Assembly (NCBI GenBank): GCA_029959295.1
Contig: JASCOH010000004.1
Coordinates: 229,762-269,761, forward strand
Direction of reading: 5' to 3'
From: Flavobacteriaceae bacterium PS02334
Lineage (GTDB): Bacteria; Bacteroidota; Bacteroidia; Flavobacteriales; Flavobacteriaceae
DNA length: 40,000 bases
The translations under genes were made by a program, and so were the position numbers. Shown here in pieces: positions 1-10,497 of the stretch. The first letter of the stretch is position 1. Each line of letters starts with the position of its first letter. The notes under the pieces were generated by a model. That model saw only the letters and a list, made by a program, of their open reading frames with translations, was not told the origin of the DNA and made no database searches.

Positions 1-841
1 GCTTGGTATTGCTTCCGTTGATATAACCGCCTTTCGTGCCTTTTGCAATGGCTTTCAAAGTCGCTTCATTCAATTTTGTCACCACAACCTCATCATTTCT
101 ATCGCGCTGGTAACCTTCGATTTTGCCATTTCTTTTCAACGGAATTGTGCCTCCTTTTTCAGTCCCGACTCCGATCGTAATAATTTTCAAGCCGTTTTTC
201 TCTGCTTCTTCCACAACGCTTTCTACGCCTTCAGAATGGTCTTCTCCGTCAGAAATCAAAATCACCAATTTGCTGGTTTTGCTTTTTTCGTCAAAATAAG
301 AAGCCGACATTTGAATCGCTTCGTCCAAAGAAGTTCCCTGTGAAGAAACCATTCCCGGGTTCATGCTCTGCAAGAACATTTTCGCAACGCTGTAATCTGT
401 CGTGATGGGCAAAACTGGGAAAGCGCTTCCGGCGTAAGCCACGATTCCAATCCTGTCGCTTCCTAATTTGTTGATAATTTGCGAAACCAGTTGTTTTGTC
501 TTGTCTAATCGGCTTGGCGCAATATCTTCGGCAAGCATTGATTTTGATACGTCGATGGCAAAAACGATGTCGATTCCTTCGCGTTTTACGGTTTCCATTC
601 TGGTTCCGATTTTTGGATTGACCAAACCGACAATCAAGAAGGCCAAAGCCAAAAGAAATACGGTGATTTTCAAGCTTGACTTAAAAATCGATCGTTCTGG
701 CGTTAATCTTTTGATCAGTTTGTAATCTCCAAATTCACGCTGTTTTTTCTTTTTCCAATACAAATTGAATAAGAATAGCAACACCAAAATCGGGATAACT
801 ATAAGGATGTATAAATATTTTTTTTCGTCTAATTCGTACAT
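1..841 (-). CDS. batB: VWA-domain protein, BatB-like; C-terminus lies beyond the window edge
   Basis: Minus-strand ORF open to position 1, so it is absent from the supplied track. ATG at 841 gives MYELDEKKYLYILIVIPILVLLFLFNLYWKKKKQREFG (N-terminal TM). An in-frame MIDAS-type motif GIDIVFAIDVSKSM was read from about 585-541. It starts 7 nt after the batA stop. Confidence 0.8.
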   Translation of the reverse strand, partial: MYELDEKKYLYILIVIPILVLLFLFNLYWKKKKQREFGDYKLIKRLTPERSIFKSSLKITVFLLALAFLIVGLVNPKIGTRMETVKREGIDIVFAIDVSKSMLAEDIAPSRLDKTKQLVSQIINKLGSDRIGIVAYAGSAFPVLPITTDYSVAKMFLQSMNPGMVSSQGTSLDEAIQMSASYFDEKSKTSKLVILISDGEDHSEGVESVVEEAEKNGLKIITIGVGTEKGGTIPLKRNGKIEGYQRDRNDEVVVTKLNEATLKAIAKGTKGGYINGSNTK

Positions 842-847
842 AATTTT

Positions 848-1852
848 TTAGATAAAGCTTCTGAAAATGGTGTTTTTCAATAATACTTCAAGCAATAATA
901 GCAATCCGGCGATATAAATAAACGGACGGAAATGCTCATCATAATTATAAAATTTCTGCTCTTCAATTTCAGAGGTTTCCAGCTTGTTTATTTCTTCGTA
1001 AATTTCTCTAAGCTTTTGGTTGTTCGTCGCGCGGAAATATTTTCCATCAGTATTTCTGGCAATTTCTTTCATCAGCTGTTCGTCAATTTCCACTTGCATC
1101 ATTTGGTATAAAAATTCTCCGTTTGCACCGATTGCATAAGGAGATTCGGCCATTCCTTTTGTTCCAAGACCAATCGTATAAACTTTTATTCCGTATTCTT
1201 TTGCGATATCAGAAGCCATTCTCGGATCAATAAAACCGGAATTATTCACACCGTCAGTCAATAAAATAATGACTTTGCTTTTTGCCTGGCTGTCTTTCAA
1301 ACGGTTTACGGCCGTGGCCAATCCCATCCCGATTCCTGTTCCGTCTTGCAATAAATTGTCGTATTTCACGCCTTTCAAAGCTTCCAAAACAACCGCTTTA
1401 TCACTTGTCACGGGCGTTTTCGTATAACTTTCTGCCGCATAAACCACCAAACCGATTCTGTCATTAGGCCTTCCTTCCACAAATTCTGAAGCGACTCTTT
1501 TCAAAGCTTCCAAACGGTTCGGCTTCAGATCTCGCGTCAGCATACTTCCTGAAACGTCGATGGAAAGTACAATATCTATACCGTTTGTAGTTTTCGTTTT
1601 ATTGCTGATATCAACGCTTTGAGGTCGCGCCAAAGCAACGATTATGAAACAAAGCGCTATAATTCTGAAGGCAAAAAGCAACGGATATAATTTTGGCAAA
1701 AACGAACTTTTGACCTTAAATCCGTTAAGCGAACTCACTTTCAAGGAAGCTGAAATTTTATTTCTTTTCCAGATATGCCAAGCGATTGCGACTGGAATCA
1801 GCAAGAATAGCCAGAAAAAACCGGGATTTAAAAAGGTAACATTATTCATCAT
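848..1852 (-). CDS. batA: VWA-domain membrane protein, BatA-like
   Basis: 334 aa with N-terminal TM helices, the MIDAS motif SIDVSGSM and a C-terminal TM. It sits in the MoxR-DUF58-Bat operon context. Confidence 0.85.
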   Translation of the reverse strand: MMNNVTFLNPGFFWLFLLIPVAIAWHIWKRNKISASLKVSSLNGFKVKSSFLPKLYPLLFAFRIIALCFIIVALARPQSVDISNKTKTTNGIDIVLSIDVSGSMLTRDLKPNRLEALKRVASEFVEGRPNDRIGLVVYAAESYTKTPVTSDKAVVLEALKGVKYDNLLQDGTGIGMGLATAVNRLKDSQAKSKVIILLTDGVNNSGFIDPRMASDIAKEYGIKVYTIGLGTKGMAESPYAIGANGEFLYQMMQVEIDEQLMKEIARNTDGKYFRATNNQKLREIYEEINKLETSEIEEQKFYNYDEHFRPFIYIAGLLLLLEVLLKNTIFRSFI

Positions 1853-3477
1853 TAGTTTACTTTTTTAAGTTCAACGGATTCTAAAATTCTTTCTGCAATT
1901 TGGTTCGCATATTCGTCGCCTTCCTTGTGGAAAATCATGATTTGCTGCAAACCGCCGTCTTGGCTGAAAAACAAAACTTCATAATACACTTTTATGCTTT
2001 TCTTGCTTTCTGGATCAATCTGGTCGAAAGTTCCGTAGCCTTTTTTACCCGAAATTCCTTCTCTCGTTTGGTAATCTTCCTGTTTTACAATCATGTTTGC
2101 TGCGCCATTTTTCTCTAGCAATTGCAAGCTTCCTTCCAATGCTTTTGACAAATCGATCTGCGTTTCCTGCTTGAATTTATTGGTCGAAACCATTACGTAG
2201 AAATTATCCCAAATGTCACCATAAGAGAACATTTGCATTTCTTTGATCAGCGCCATCGTTTCTTTTGGCAGTTTTTCTTCTTTTTGGCGCATCAAAACTT
2301 TTGGCGTTTCGATTAAAATTCCCGGATTTCCATATTCGCTTTTTACCCATTCGCCTTCCAGCATTTGTTTCGAAGAATTGCCGAAAATAATTCCCTGGCT
2401 CACCAAATAAAAACTCAAACCAGCAAAAAATACGAAAGAAGCAACAAATGCGATGATGGAGTTGCGTTGCTGACGTTTCTTTTTGGCTAGTTTTTCTCTT
2501 CTTTCAGCATCAAAATCAACTTCGTCTTCGATTTCTTCCTCTTTCGGAATAGCTTTGTGCAACGTGAAAATTGTTCTCTCGATACGTTTTCTATCTTCCA
2601 CAATTTCAAAATCCAAAGGTTTTGATTTCGCAAATTTCACTAAATCCGCTTGGCGGAGCACCTTTTCTAGGTTTTCCACCGTTTCTTGTGAAAGCTTCAT
2701 TTTCTTTCTCAAAACGGCATTTCTCAAGCCAACAATTACTTCCGAAGTTGTGCTTTCCATCGCTGGAACTTGAATTTCTTCTTCAATATACGTTCGGGCA
2801 ATGTCGGTCAGTTCAGAATAATAGTTTTTGACTTCGCCTTTTTCTAAAAGTTCTTTCTTTTCTAGATTTTTCAGCATGCTGGAAGCCTTTTCGATTGGCG
2901 TCGCATACACAATTTCTTCGTCTTTTTTACGCTTGTATTTTTTAGCCAGGAAGAAAACCAAAACTCCGATTCCGGCTAAAAGTAAAATTCCCAAAACCCA
3001 TTTCCACCAATTTCCAGCTGGAGATTTTACTTCGGAAATGCCTTTGATATCAAACATTTTCTGTTTTAAAGTATCGACTTTTACAGCCATAACTTCAACA
3101 GCAATTGAATCGGTCAGAAAAGGCTTTTTGTTGATCAAAACAGGAAGGCTCGGAATCAAAAATCGTCCCGAGTCAAATTGCGTCAAGCCATATCTTTTGG
3201 TCAATAAATAACGGTCTTTTTCTTTGACAGTATCTATCGGATAAGATTCTAAAACTTCCAAAGCACCAAAATTTTTCCCTTCCGGAAAAACCACGCTTGA
3301 CAAAGTATCAACAGACGTTTTTAAGGTAAGATTGATTTGCGCGCCAATTTTTATTTTGGTAGAATCGACCGCGGTGGTTACTCGTTTTTGCTGTGCAAAA
3401 CCTAAAGTTCCAACAAGCAAAAATAGTACTATGTAAAAAGTGTTTTTTTTCATTTTTCTAGTCCTAATCTTATTCAT
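1852..3477 (-). CDS. Membrane protein of the Bat/aerotolerance operon (BatD-like N-terminal region, function unknown)
   Basis: 541 aa. A signal-like N-terminus (MKKNTFYIVLFLLVGTLGFA) suggests the real start may be the internal Met near 3453. There are two TM segments (WWKWVLGILLLAGIGVLVFFLA and IIAFVASFVFFAGLSFYLV). The stop overlaps the batA start. Confidence 0.6.
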   Translation of the reverse strand: MNKIRTRKMKKNTFYIVLFLLVGTLGFAQQKRVTTAVDSTKIKIGAQINLTLKTSVDTLSSVVFPEGKNFGALEVLESYPIDTVKEKDRYLLTKRYGLTQFDSGRFLIPSLPVLINKKPFLTDSIAVEVMAVKVDTLKQKMFDIKGISEVKSPAGNWWKWVLGILLLAGIGVLVFFLAKKYKRKKDEEIVYATPIEKASSMLKNLEKKELLEKGEVKNYYSELTDIARTYIEEEIQVPAMESTTSEVIVGLRNAVLRKKMKLSQETVENLEKVLRQADLVKFAKSKPLDFEIVEDRKRIERTIFTLHKAIPKEEEIEDEVDFDAERREKLAKKKRQQRNSIIAFVASFVFFAGLSFYLVSQGIIFGNSSKQMLEGEWVKSEYGNPGILIETPKVLMRQKEEKLPKETMALIKEMQMFSYGDIWDNFYVMVSTNKFKQETQIDLSKALEGSLQLLEKNGAANMIVKQEDYQTREGISGKKGYGTFDQIDPESKKSIKVYYEVLFFSQDGGLQQIMIFHKEGDEYANQIAERILESVELKKVN

Positions 3478-3494
3478 AAAAGGGGGAATAAAGA

Positions 3495-4364
3495 TTAACC
3501 TCTCGATTTAAAATAGCCTAATAATTTGGTTACATAACTTTCGTCAACTCTAGTATTTACAGTACCAGAACCGCTTTTGCTAAAAGTTTCCTTGAAATAT
3601 TTTATTTTATCCTGATAGTGTTTTTCATATTCCATGCGAACCGATTTTGAGCCCGTATCGACCAAAAGCGTTTCTCCCGTTTCTGCGTCCAGCATATTCA
3701 CCATCCCGATGTTTGGCATTTTTTCTTCTCTCGTATCATACACTCGAATTCCGGTCAAGTCGTGCTTTTTTCCAGCAATTTTCAAGGTTTTTTCATAGTC
3801 GTCATCCGCCATGAAATCAGAAATCATAAAAACGATTGCTTTCTTTTTAATGACTCCGGAGAAAAAACGCAGCGCCTGCGAAATATTCGTCTTGTTGCTT
3901 TTCGGATGAAATTCAATCAATTCACGGATGATTCTCAAAACGTGCGATCTTCCTTTTTTTGGCGGAATAAACAATTCGATTTGATCCGAAAACAAAATTA
4001 ATCCGATTTTATCGTTGTTTTGCGTAGCTGAAAAAGCCATTGTTGCAGCGATTTCTGTCACGACATCTTTTTTGAAAGCATTCTGGGTTCCAAAACTTTC
4101 TGATCCACTGATGTCCACCATCAGCATCATCGTGAGTTCTCTTTCTTCCTCAAAAACTTTGACATAAGGCTCGTTATATCTTGCCGTTACATTCCAATCG
4201 ATGGCACGAATGTCGTCGCCGAATTGATATTGGCGCACTTCGCTGAACGTCATACCGCGTCCTTTGAAAGACGTATGATATTCCCCCGAAAAGATGTGAT
4301 CGCTCAATCTTCGGGTTTTGATTTCTATTTTTCGAACTTTTTTGAGTAATTCCTTTGTATCCAT
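3495..4364 (-). CDS. DUF58 family protein (MoxR-associated, VWA-like)
   Basis: 289 aa with the motif DDIRAIDWNVTAR, which is typical of DUF58. It lies immediately downstream of the MoxR ATPase. Confidence 0.85.
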   Translation of the reverse strand: MDTKELLKKVRKIEIKTRRLSDHIFSGEYHTSFKGRGMTFSEVRQYQFGDDIRAIDWNVTARYNEPYVKVFEEERELTMMLMVDISGSESFGTQNAFKKDVVTEIAATMAFSATQNNDKIGLILFSDQIELFIPPKKGRSHVLRIIRELIEFHPKSNKTNISQALRFFSGVIKKKAIVFMISDFMADDDYEKTLKIAGKKHDLTGIRVYDTREEKMPNIGMVNMLDAETGETLLVDTGSKSVRMEYEKHYQDKIKYFKETFSKSGSGTVNTRVDESYVTKLLGYFKSRG

Positions 4365-4443
4365 CTTTTAGATTTTTGATTTATGGTTTATGATTTATGA
4401 TTTCAGAGCGTTTCTTACATCATAAATCTAAAATCAAAAATTA

Positions 4444-5448
4444 TTAAGGTACTTCAACTTCGTTTACGATTTTATTGATGATGTCAACAGAAGTCACGTT
4501 TTCAGCTTCCGCTTCATACGTAATTCCGATTCTGTGGCGCAAAACGTCGTGAACAACGGCGCGAACATCTTCCGGAATTACATAACCTCTGCGTTTGATA
4601 AAAGCATAACATTTTGCGGCAGTTGCCAAGTTGATGCTTCCACGCGGAGACGATCCGAAACTGATCAAAGGTTTTAAGCTTTCTAATTTATATTTCTCTG
4701 GATAACGCGTCGCAAAAACAATATCCAAGATATATTTCTCGATTTTCTCATCCATATAAACCTCACGAACAGCTTCTTGCGCTCTTAAAATCTGCTCGAC
4801 AGAAACCACTTGGTTTACTTTTTCATAAGCACCTTTCAAGCTTTGGCGAACGACCATTCGCTCTTCTTCCATTTTTGGATAATCGATTACTGTTTTCAAC
4901 ATAAAACGATCGACTTGCGCTTCTGGCAAAGGATAAGTTCCTTCTTGTTCTACTGGATTTTGAGTAGCCAGAACCAAAAATGGTCTGTCTAATTTAAAAG
5001 TTGTATCTCCGATAGTCACTTGTTTTTCCTGCATCGCTTCCAAAAGTGCCGACTGAACCTTTGCCGGAGCACGGTTGATCTCATCCGCTAGAACGAAATT
5101 TGCGAAAATCGGACCTTTTTTAATAGAGAACGCATTGTCTTTAATGTTGTAAATCATTGTTCCCACAACGTCTGCAGGAAGCAAATCTGGAGTAAATTGA
5201 ATACGGCTGAAAGAACCGTGAATTGCTTGTGAAAGCGTGTTAATCGCTAAAGTTTTTGCCAATCCGGGAACACCTTCCAGTAAAATATGTCCTTGACCTA
5301 AAAGTCCGATCAACAATCTTTCAATCATATGCTTCTGACCGACAATCACTTTGTTCATTTCCATCACCAAAAGGTCAATAAAGGCGCTTTCTCTTTCTAT
5401 TTTTTCATTGATTGCTCTAATGTCTAATGCAGTAGCATTTTCTTCCAT
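4444..5448 (-). CDS. moxR: MoxR-family AAA+ ATPase
   Basis: 334 aa with Walker A GVPGLAKT, Walker B FVLADEINRA and the conserved ATQNPVEQEGTYPLPEAQVDRF. Confidence 0.95.
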   Translation of the reverse strand: MEENATALDIRAINEKIERESAFIDLLVMEMNKVIVGQKHMIERLLIGLLGQGHILLEGVPGLAKTLAINTLSQAIHGSFSRIQFTPDLLPADVVGTMIYNIKDNAFSIKKGPIFANFVLADEINRAPAKVQSALLEAMQEKQVTIGDTTFKLDRPFLVLATQNPVEQEGTYPLPEAQVDRFMLKTVIDYPKMEEERMVVRQSLKGAYEKVNQVVSVEQILRAQEAVREVYMDEKIEKYILDIVFATRYPEKYKLESLKPLISFGSSPRGSINLATAAKCYAFIKRRGYVIPEDVRAVVHDVLRHRIGITYEAEAENVTSVDIINKIVNEVEVP

Positions 5449-5616
5449 AATCTAATATTTAAAGCCGTGAAGTTAGTATTTAATTTTAATGGTGCAAATT
5501 GAAAATTTATTTACTGGCAAGACGTTAACAATGTGTTAAAAATTATTTGAATCCCTTGGTTTTAAGGATGATTTATGATTTTCTTTTCATAAATTTAGAA
5601 ACTCAAATTTAATAGC

Positions 5617-6486
5617 GTGAAAACAGCCTTATCTCCCATCATTGCGGGAACTATGAATTGGGGAGTTTGGGATAAAAATCTCAATACTTCTGAAATGGCA
5701 AACTTGATCCATGTTTGCTTCGAAAATAAAATCACAACCTTTGACCATGCCGATATTTATGGCGGTTACACGACCGAAGCTTCCTTTGGCAAAGCCTTGA
5801 CGGAAAGCAAAATAGGTCGGGAAAAAATCCAGCTTATTTCAAAGTGCGGTATCCAGCATATTTCTGAAAATCGAGAAAATAAAGTCAAGCATTATGATTA
5901 TTCGAAAGACTATATTATTTGGTCTGTAGAAAATTCTCTGAAAAATCTTCATTCTGATTATTTGGATGTGCTTTTGTTGCATCGCCCGAGTCCGTTGATG
6001 AATTCGGACGAAATTGCCGAAGCTGTAGAAAAATTGAAAGCTGACGGAAAGATTTTGGATTTTGGACTATCCAATTTTACGCCTTCGCAAACCGATTTAA
6101 TTCGTTCCAAAACGGAAGTTTCATACAACCAAGTTCAATTTTCGGCAACCGATTTTGAAGCGATGTTGAACGGAAGTTTAGATCACATGCAAGTGAACAA
6201 CATTCGTCCGATGGCTTGGAATCCGCTTGGAACGGTTTTTAGAGAAAATACGGACCAGACGAAAAGATTGAAAACGCTTCTGGCCGATTTGGTTTCAAAA
6301 TACCATGTGGGTTCTGACACGATTTTATTGTCTTGGATTTTACAGCATCCGGCAAAAATTATTCCTATTGCGGGAACGGTGAATGTTTCAAGATTGCAAC
6401 AGCTTTTTAAAGCGACGGAGTTTAAATTGGAAAGAGAAGAATGGTTTTCTATTTGGACGGAAAGTATGGGGAATCAGGTTCCTTAA
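5617..6486 (+). CDS. Aldo/keto reductase family oxidoreductase
   Basis: 289 aa with a GTG start. It has FDHADIYGGY (catalytic Asp/Tyr region) and LLLHRP, and the length fits an AKR. Confidence 0.85.
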   Translation: MKTALSPIIAGTMNWGVWDKNLNTSEMANLIHVCFENKITTFDHADIYGGYTTEASFGKALTESKIGREKIQLISKCGIQHISENRENKVKHYDYSKDYIIWSVENSLKNLHSDYLDVLLLHRPSPLMNSDEIAEAVEKLKADGKILDFGLSNFTPSQTDLIRSKTEVSYNQVQFSATDFEAMLNGSLDHMQVNNIRPMAWNPLGTVFRENTDQTKRLKTLLADLVSKYHVGSDTILLSWILQHPAKIIPIAGTVNVSRLQQLFKATEFKLEREEWFSIWTESMGNQVP

Positions 6487-6547
6487 AAAGTTATGAGTTT
6501 GCTAGATTTACTAAAAACTATTTCCCATTTTAATTACATCTTCAAAA

Positions 6548-7051
6548 ATGAAAAAACTATTTTTATGCTCTTTTGCGTTTCTGATTTTAATCAGTTGTGC
6601 ACCAAAAAAAGACACATATAATTTCGAGAAAATTATTTTTCATAGCTCTAGATGCTTTGGAAGTTGTCCTATAATCAATTTGCAAGTCAACAAAGACAAG
6701 TCAATTTTGCTTTCAAGAACGAAAAACGAAACAATGTCAAAAATTGTTGCTGATATAAATTATAACGAATTTGACTATTTCAAAGGAACATTAAGTGATA
6801 AACTTTATAATCAATTGATTTCTGAATTAGTTAAAACTAAAGACCTGAAATTTGATAGCCAAAACTGTTGCGATGCGCCTCTAAAAACGATGATTATTTA
6901 TCAAGACGGAAAAAGAAAAGAAATTGAAACAATGTTTCCGCCAGAAGAAGCAGAAAACCTTATTTCAACCCTGTATGAAATTGGCAAATTAGAAATTTTT
7001 AACAAAGTCACTGAAAAATTTGAAATTGAAAATATCAAACGCCAAGATTAA
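6548..7051 (+). CDS. Lipoprotein, function unknown
   Basis: 167 aa with a signal peptide and lipobox (MKKLFLCSFAFLILISC). I recognise no other motif. Confidence 0.6.
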   Translation: MKKLFLCSFAFLILISCAPKKDTYNFEKIIFHSSRCFGSCPIINLQVNKDKSILLSRTKNETMSKIVADINYNEFDYFKGTLSDKLYNQLISELVKTKDLKFDSQNCCDAPLKTMIIYQDGKRKEIETMFPPEEAENLISTLYEIGKLEIFNKVTEKFEIENIKRQD

Positions 7052-7073
7052 ATTTCCAGCAAAGAAATAAAAA

Positions 7074-7826
7074 ATGAAAACAGTCTTAATAACAGGTGCA
7101 ACAAGTGGCATCGGAAGAGCAACGGCAATCGAACTAGCCAAAAATAATTTCAAATTAATTCTTTGTGGCAGACGCGAAGATCGTTTGGCAGAATTGCAGA
7201 TTGAATTAGAACACCGCACAAAAGTACATACTTTGAATTTCGACGTAAGAAAGAAAAAGGCGGTTCAAGAAGCAATTGATTCTTTGCCTCCAGATTTTTC
7301 AAAAATTGATGTTTTGGTTAATAATGCTGGAAATGCGCACGGTTTAGACCCAATTCAAACTGGAGATTTAGACGATTGGGATGCGATGATTGATATTAAT
7401 GTAAAAGGTTTGTTGTATGTTTCTCACGCCATAATTCCGAAAATGGTGGAACAGCGAAGCGGTCATATCATCAACATCGGTTCGACGGCTGCAAAAGAAG
7501 TTTATCCAAATGGAAATGTCTATTGCGCAACAAAACACGCCGTTGACGCCATAAACCAAGGCATGCGAATGGATTTGAACCAATACGGAATTCGCGTCGG
7601 CGGCATTCATCCCGGAATGGTGGAGACCGAATTTTCACAAGTCCGTTTTAAAGGCGATGCCGAAAGAGCCGCGAACGTTTATAAAGGTTTTGAGCCTTTA
7701 AAACCAGAAGATATTGCCGACATTATAAAATTTGTGATCACAAGGCCTTATCATGTAAATATTGCTGATTTGGTCGTAATGTCAACCGCTCAGGCTTCGT
7801 CGACAATAGTAAATAGAATAATTTAA
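7074..7826 (+). CDS. Short-chain dehydrogenase/reductase (YdfG-like NADP-dependent)
   Basis: 250 aa with TGATSGIGRA (TGxxxGxG), NNAG and YCATKHA (YxxxK). Confidence 0.9.
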   Translation: MKTVLITGATSGIGRATAIELAKNNFKLILCGRREDRLAELQIELEHRTKVHTLNFDVRKKKAVQEAIDSLPPDFSKIDVLVNNAGNAHGLDPIQTGDLDDWDAMIDINVKGLLYVSHAIIPKMVEQRSGHIINIGSTAAKEVYPNGNVYCATKHAVDAINQGMRMDLNQYGIRVGGIHPGMVETEFSQVRFKGDAERAANVYKGFEPLKPEDIADIIKFVITRPYHVNIADLVVMSTAQASSTIVNRII

Positions 7827-7901
7827 GAAAGGATTTTTCGATGTTTCGATTGTCCGACTTTCGAAACATCGAAAAGTCTAACAATCGAAATATCTTAATA
7901 A

Positions 7902-8837
7902 ATGATCAACAAGCGCCTGCTCATCAAAAATCTTCTCGCTCACAATGACGAGAGCAGTTTTTATGACAAAAAGCGCCAATTGAACTTGCATACGCGGGAA
8001 GGAAAAGGGAAATTCTTGAAACACATTTGTGCTTTGTCTAATTCAAATCCTGCGAATAATTCTTATATTGTTGTGGGTGTTGAAGATCACGATAATGAAA
8101 TTGTGGGCGATGATTTTTTTGACGACAGCCGAATCCAAAATCTGGTAAATGCCTTTTTGGAAAACCCTCCGAAGATTCAATATGAAAATGTTCCGTTTCC
8201 TAATTTGTCTAAGGATAAAGTCGTCGGCTTAGTTACAATCAAACCCAAAAAACGCGTTTCTTATTTCAAAAAAGGAATCCATACGATTATTGCAAAACAA
8301 GCTTTTATTCGAAGAGGAAGCAATTCAATTCCGGTCGAAGAATCGGAAGTCGAGCGGAATTACCAGAACACGGAAACCGTTATCAGCATTGAAAATAATT
8401 CGAGAAACAGCATTGAATACACTTTAGAAGGCGTGATTGATTTTATGAACAACCGCCACAAGGACATGTCTCCGAAGTATAAAGTTTTTAAGGAATTATT
8501 TGTGGTTTGCTGGGCCGGACATTCCAAAAAAGTCAAAGACAAAACGTATTTATCTCGCGTGGATATTGAGTTGGTAAACGAACAGGTCAAGCTTTTTTAT
8601 TCGGCTTTGGATGAAGTTTCGATTGAATTTGACCACAATACTTTTTCGATTACCGAATATCTTGCTTTAGGCTTAAACGACAAAACGAGCTATTATCCGC
8701 TGGAAAAACAGACGATTTCTTTTTATGACAACGGCTATTATAAAATCGAAACCGAATTTCTCTTCGAACCGCCAGAATACAATCGGAAAATGCTTTTTCA
8801 TATTTATAATTCTAATCTTTCCTTGCTTTCTAATTAG
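7902..8837 (+). CDS. AlbA_2 / Schlafen-like putative DNA-binding domain protein
   Basis: 311 aa. The N-terminus (ESSFYDKKRQLNLHT...KHICALSNSNPANNSYIVVGVEDHDNEIVG) matches my recollection of the AlbA_2 divergent-AAA pattern. The C-terminal half is unassigned. Confidence 0.55.
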   Translation: MINKRLLIKNLLAHNDESSFYDKKRQLNLHTREGKGKFLKHICALSNSNPANNSYIVVGVEDHDNEIVGDDFFDDSRIQNLVNAFLENPPKIQYENVPFPNLSKDKVVGLVTIKPKKRVSYFKKGIHTIIAKQAFIRRGSNSIPVEESEVERNYQNTETVISIENNSRNSIEYTLEGVIDFMNNRHKDMSPKYKVFKELFVVCWAGHSKKVKDKTYLSRVDIELVNEQVKLFYSALDEVSIEFDHNTFSITEYLALGLNDKTSYYPLEKQTISFYDNGYYKIETEFLFEPPEYNRKMLFHIYNSNLSLLSN

Positions 8838-9113
8838 AAAAATCATTGCACTTATCAGATAGAGAGAAGAAGGATTTGTTGAATCTTCCATCTACTTTTA
8901 TGATTTGTTACCTTAACGGATTTGATGATGCAAAACAGAAATTAATCGATGCAAAACATTTGCTGAAAGCTTTTGAAAATCCGACCGTTTATATCAGTTT
9001 CAAGGAGGCTTTGCGGATTTTGAGAAAAATGAAATATGATAAAAGCGTCGAGTAATTTGTGTCAATTTTTTTAATATTTGATTATCACAAATGTTTTTAG
9101 GATATTTGAATTT

Positions 9114-9842
9114 ATGAACAGAACTTTTGTAATCGGCGACATTCACGGTGGCCTTCGCGCCTTAAAACAGATTTTTGAAAGAGCAAATGTCACCACAAAC
9201 GATACCCTTATTTTTCTTGGAGATTATGTCGACGGTTGGAGCGAATCGCCTGAAATCATTGATTTTTTAATACAAATCAAAGAAACGCACAACTGCATTT
9301 TCTTGCGAGGCAATCATGACGATTTGCTTTTATCTTGGCTAGAACACAAAAAAGATAATCCGCAATGGTTCAATCACGGCGGAAAAATTACGATGGAAAA
9401 ATACAGTCTTCTAAGTGATGAAGACAAACAACCGCACATCGATTTTCTGAAACTTTTAGAAAATTATTACCTCGACGAAGAAAACAGATTGTTCATCCAC
9501 GCTGGTTTCACAAATCTGAACGGCGTCGAATATGAATATTTCCCAAAGATGTTTTATTGGGAAAGAACACTTTGGGAGAATGCGCTTTCTTTAGATCCGA
9601 CGATTGAAAAAGACAGTCCTTATTATCCAAAAAGATTCACGCTTTACAAAGAAATTTTCATCGGACACACGCCCGTGACGCGCGTCGGAAAAACTACTCC
9701 TATTAATATAGCGAATATTTGGAATGTCGATACCGGCGCCGCTTTTAAAGGTCCGCTGACAATTTTAAATATAGACACAAAAGAATATTGGCAAAGTGAT
9801 CCGCTTCCAGAATTATATCCAGAAGAAAATGGCAGGAATTAA
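9114..9842 (+). CDS. Metallophosphoesterase (Ser/Thr phosphatase-like)
   Basis: Track ORF 9078..9842. I prefer the internal start MNRTFVIGDIHGG at 9114. Motifs are GDIHGG, GDYVDGW and RGNHD. Confidence 0.85.
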   Translation: MNRTFVIGDIHGGLRALKQIFERANVTTNDTLIFLGDYVDGWSESPEIIDFLIQIKETHNCIFLRGNHDDLLLSWLEHKKDNPQWFNHGGKITMEKYSLLSDEDKQPHIDFLKLLENYYLDEENRLFIHAGFTNLNGVEYEYFPKMFYWERTLWENALSLDPTIEKDSPYYPKRFTLYKEIFIGHTPVTRVGKTTPINIANIWNVDTGAAFKGPLTILNIDTKEYWQSDPLPELYPEENGRN

Positions 9843-9890
9843 CCACCGTAAAGTCACAATAAATAGTATATTTGCCGAAAATTTTATACC

Positions 9891-10376
9891 ATGAAGAAAA
9901 TTATAACATCAGGATTGCTTTTGACAGCATTTTTAGGAAATGCACAGGCATTTAACGGAAAAGGAGATAACAAGTTCCAAGTCGGAGCGAATTTCCAAGA
10001 TAACGCCACAGGAATTATGGCCACTTATGATTATGGAATCGGCGAAAACATGTCAATCGGTTTCTACACTACTTATTTATTGGGTGTTGACGGCGACGGT
10101 TCAGAGTTCAAGGATGAATTTGACGTAAAAGCTCGTTTTAACGCAAACATCGGAAATGTAATGGGATTGCCTGAAAACATTGACGTTTATCCAGGTTTGA
10201 ACTTAGGCTTGAGAAATTTCGGAGCGCATCTTGGCGGCCGTTATTTTTTCACAAACGGCTTCGGCGTTTTCACTGAATTTGCCGTGCCAATTGCCAAATA
10301 TGATAGCGATGTGTATGGCTACGAACACTTAAACAACCAATTTACGTTTAGTTTCGGAGCTTCTTTCAACTTATAA
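9891..10376 (+). CDS. Small outer-membrane beta-barrel protein
   Basis: 161 aa with a signal peptide MKKIITSGLLLTAFLGNAQA and an alternating aromatic/Gly-rich beta-strand pattern. A terminator follows. Confidence 0.6.
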   Translation: MKKIITSGLLLTAFLGNAQAFNGKGDNKFQVGANFQDNATGIMATYDYGIGENMSIGFYTTYLLGVDGDGSEFKDEFDVKARFNANIGNVMGLPENIDVYPGLNLGLRNFGAHLGGRYFFTNGFGVFTEFAVPIAKYDSDVYGYEHLNNQFTFSFGASFNL

Positions 10377-10398
10377 ATAAAGAAAAAACTCGATATTA

Positions 10399-10429
10399 AA
10401 ATCCGGTTCAAACGAATCGGATTTTTTTT
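10399..10429 (+). terminator. Rho-independent terminator
   Basis: AATCCG..(loop)..CGGATT stem followed by a T8 run, 20 nt after the stop of 9891..10376. Confidence 0.7.
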
Positions 10430-10497
10430 GTTCTGTTATAAATAGGTTAAAATCAAGCCATCACAAAGCTCCTGAAAAACATTCTTCGTAAATTTAT

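Noticed and set aside
468-3211. Plus-strand track ORFs inside the Bat operon (468..725, 1282..1467, 1644..1868, 1900..2118, 2483..2773, 2571..2831, 2828..3211)
   Set aside because: All lie antisense within long, motif-supported minus-strand genes and have low-complexity translations. They are shadow ORFs.
8846-9055. 69-aa ORF just after the AlbA_2-like gene, possibly a frameshifted C-terminus of it
   Set aside because: It is in a different frame, has no motif, and is too short to judge. A pseudogene split cannot be shown from sequence alone, so it is not reported as a feature.
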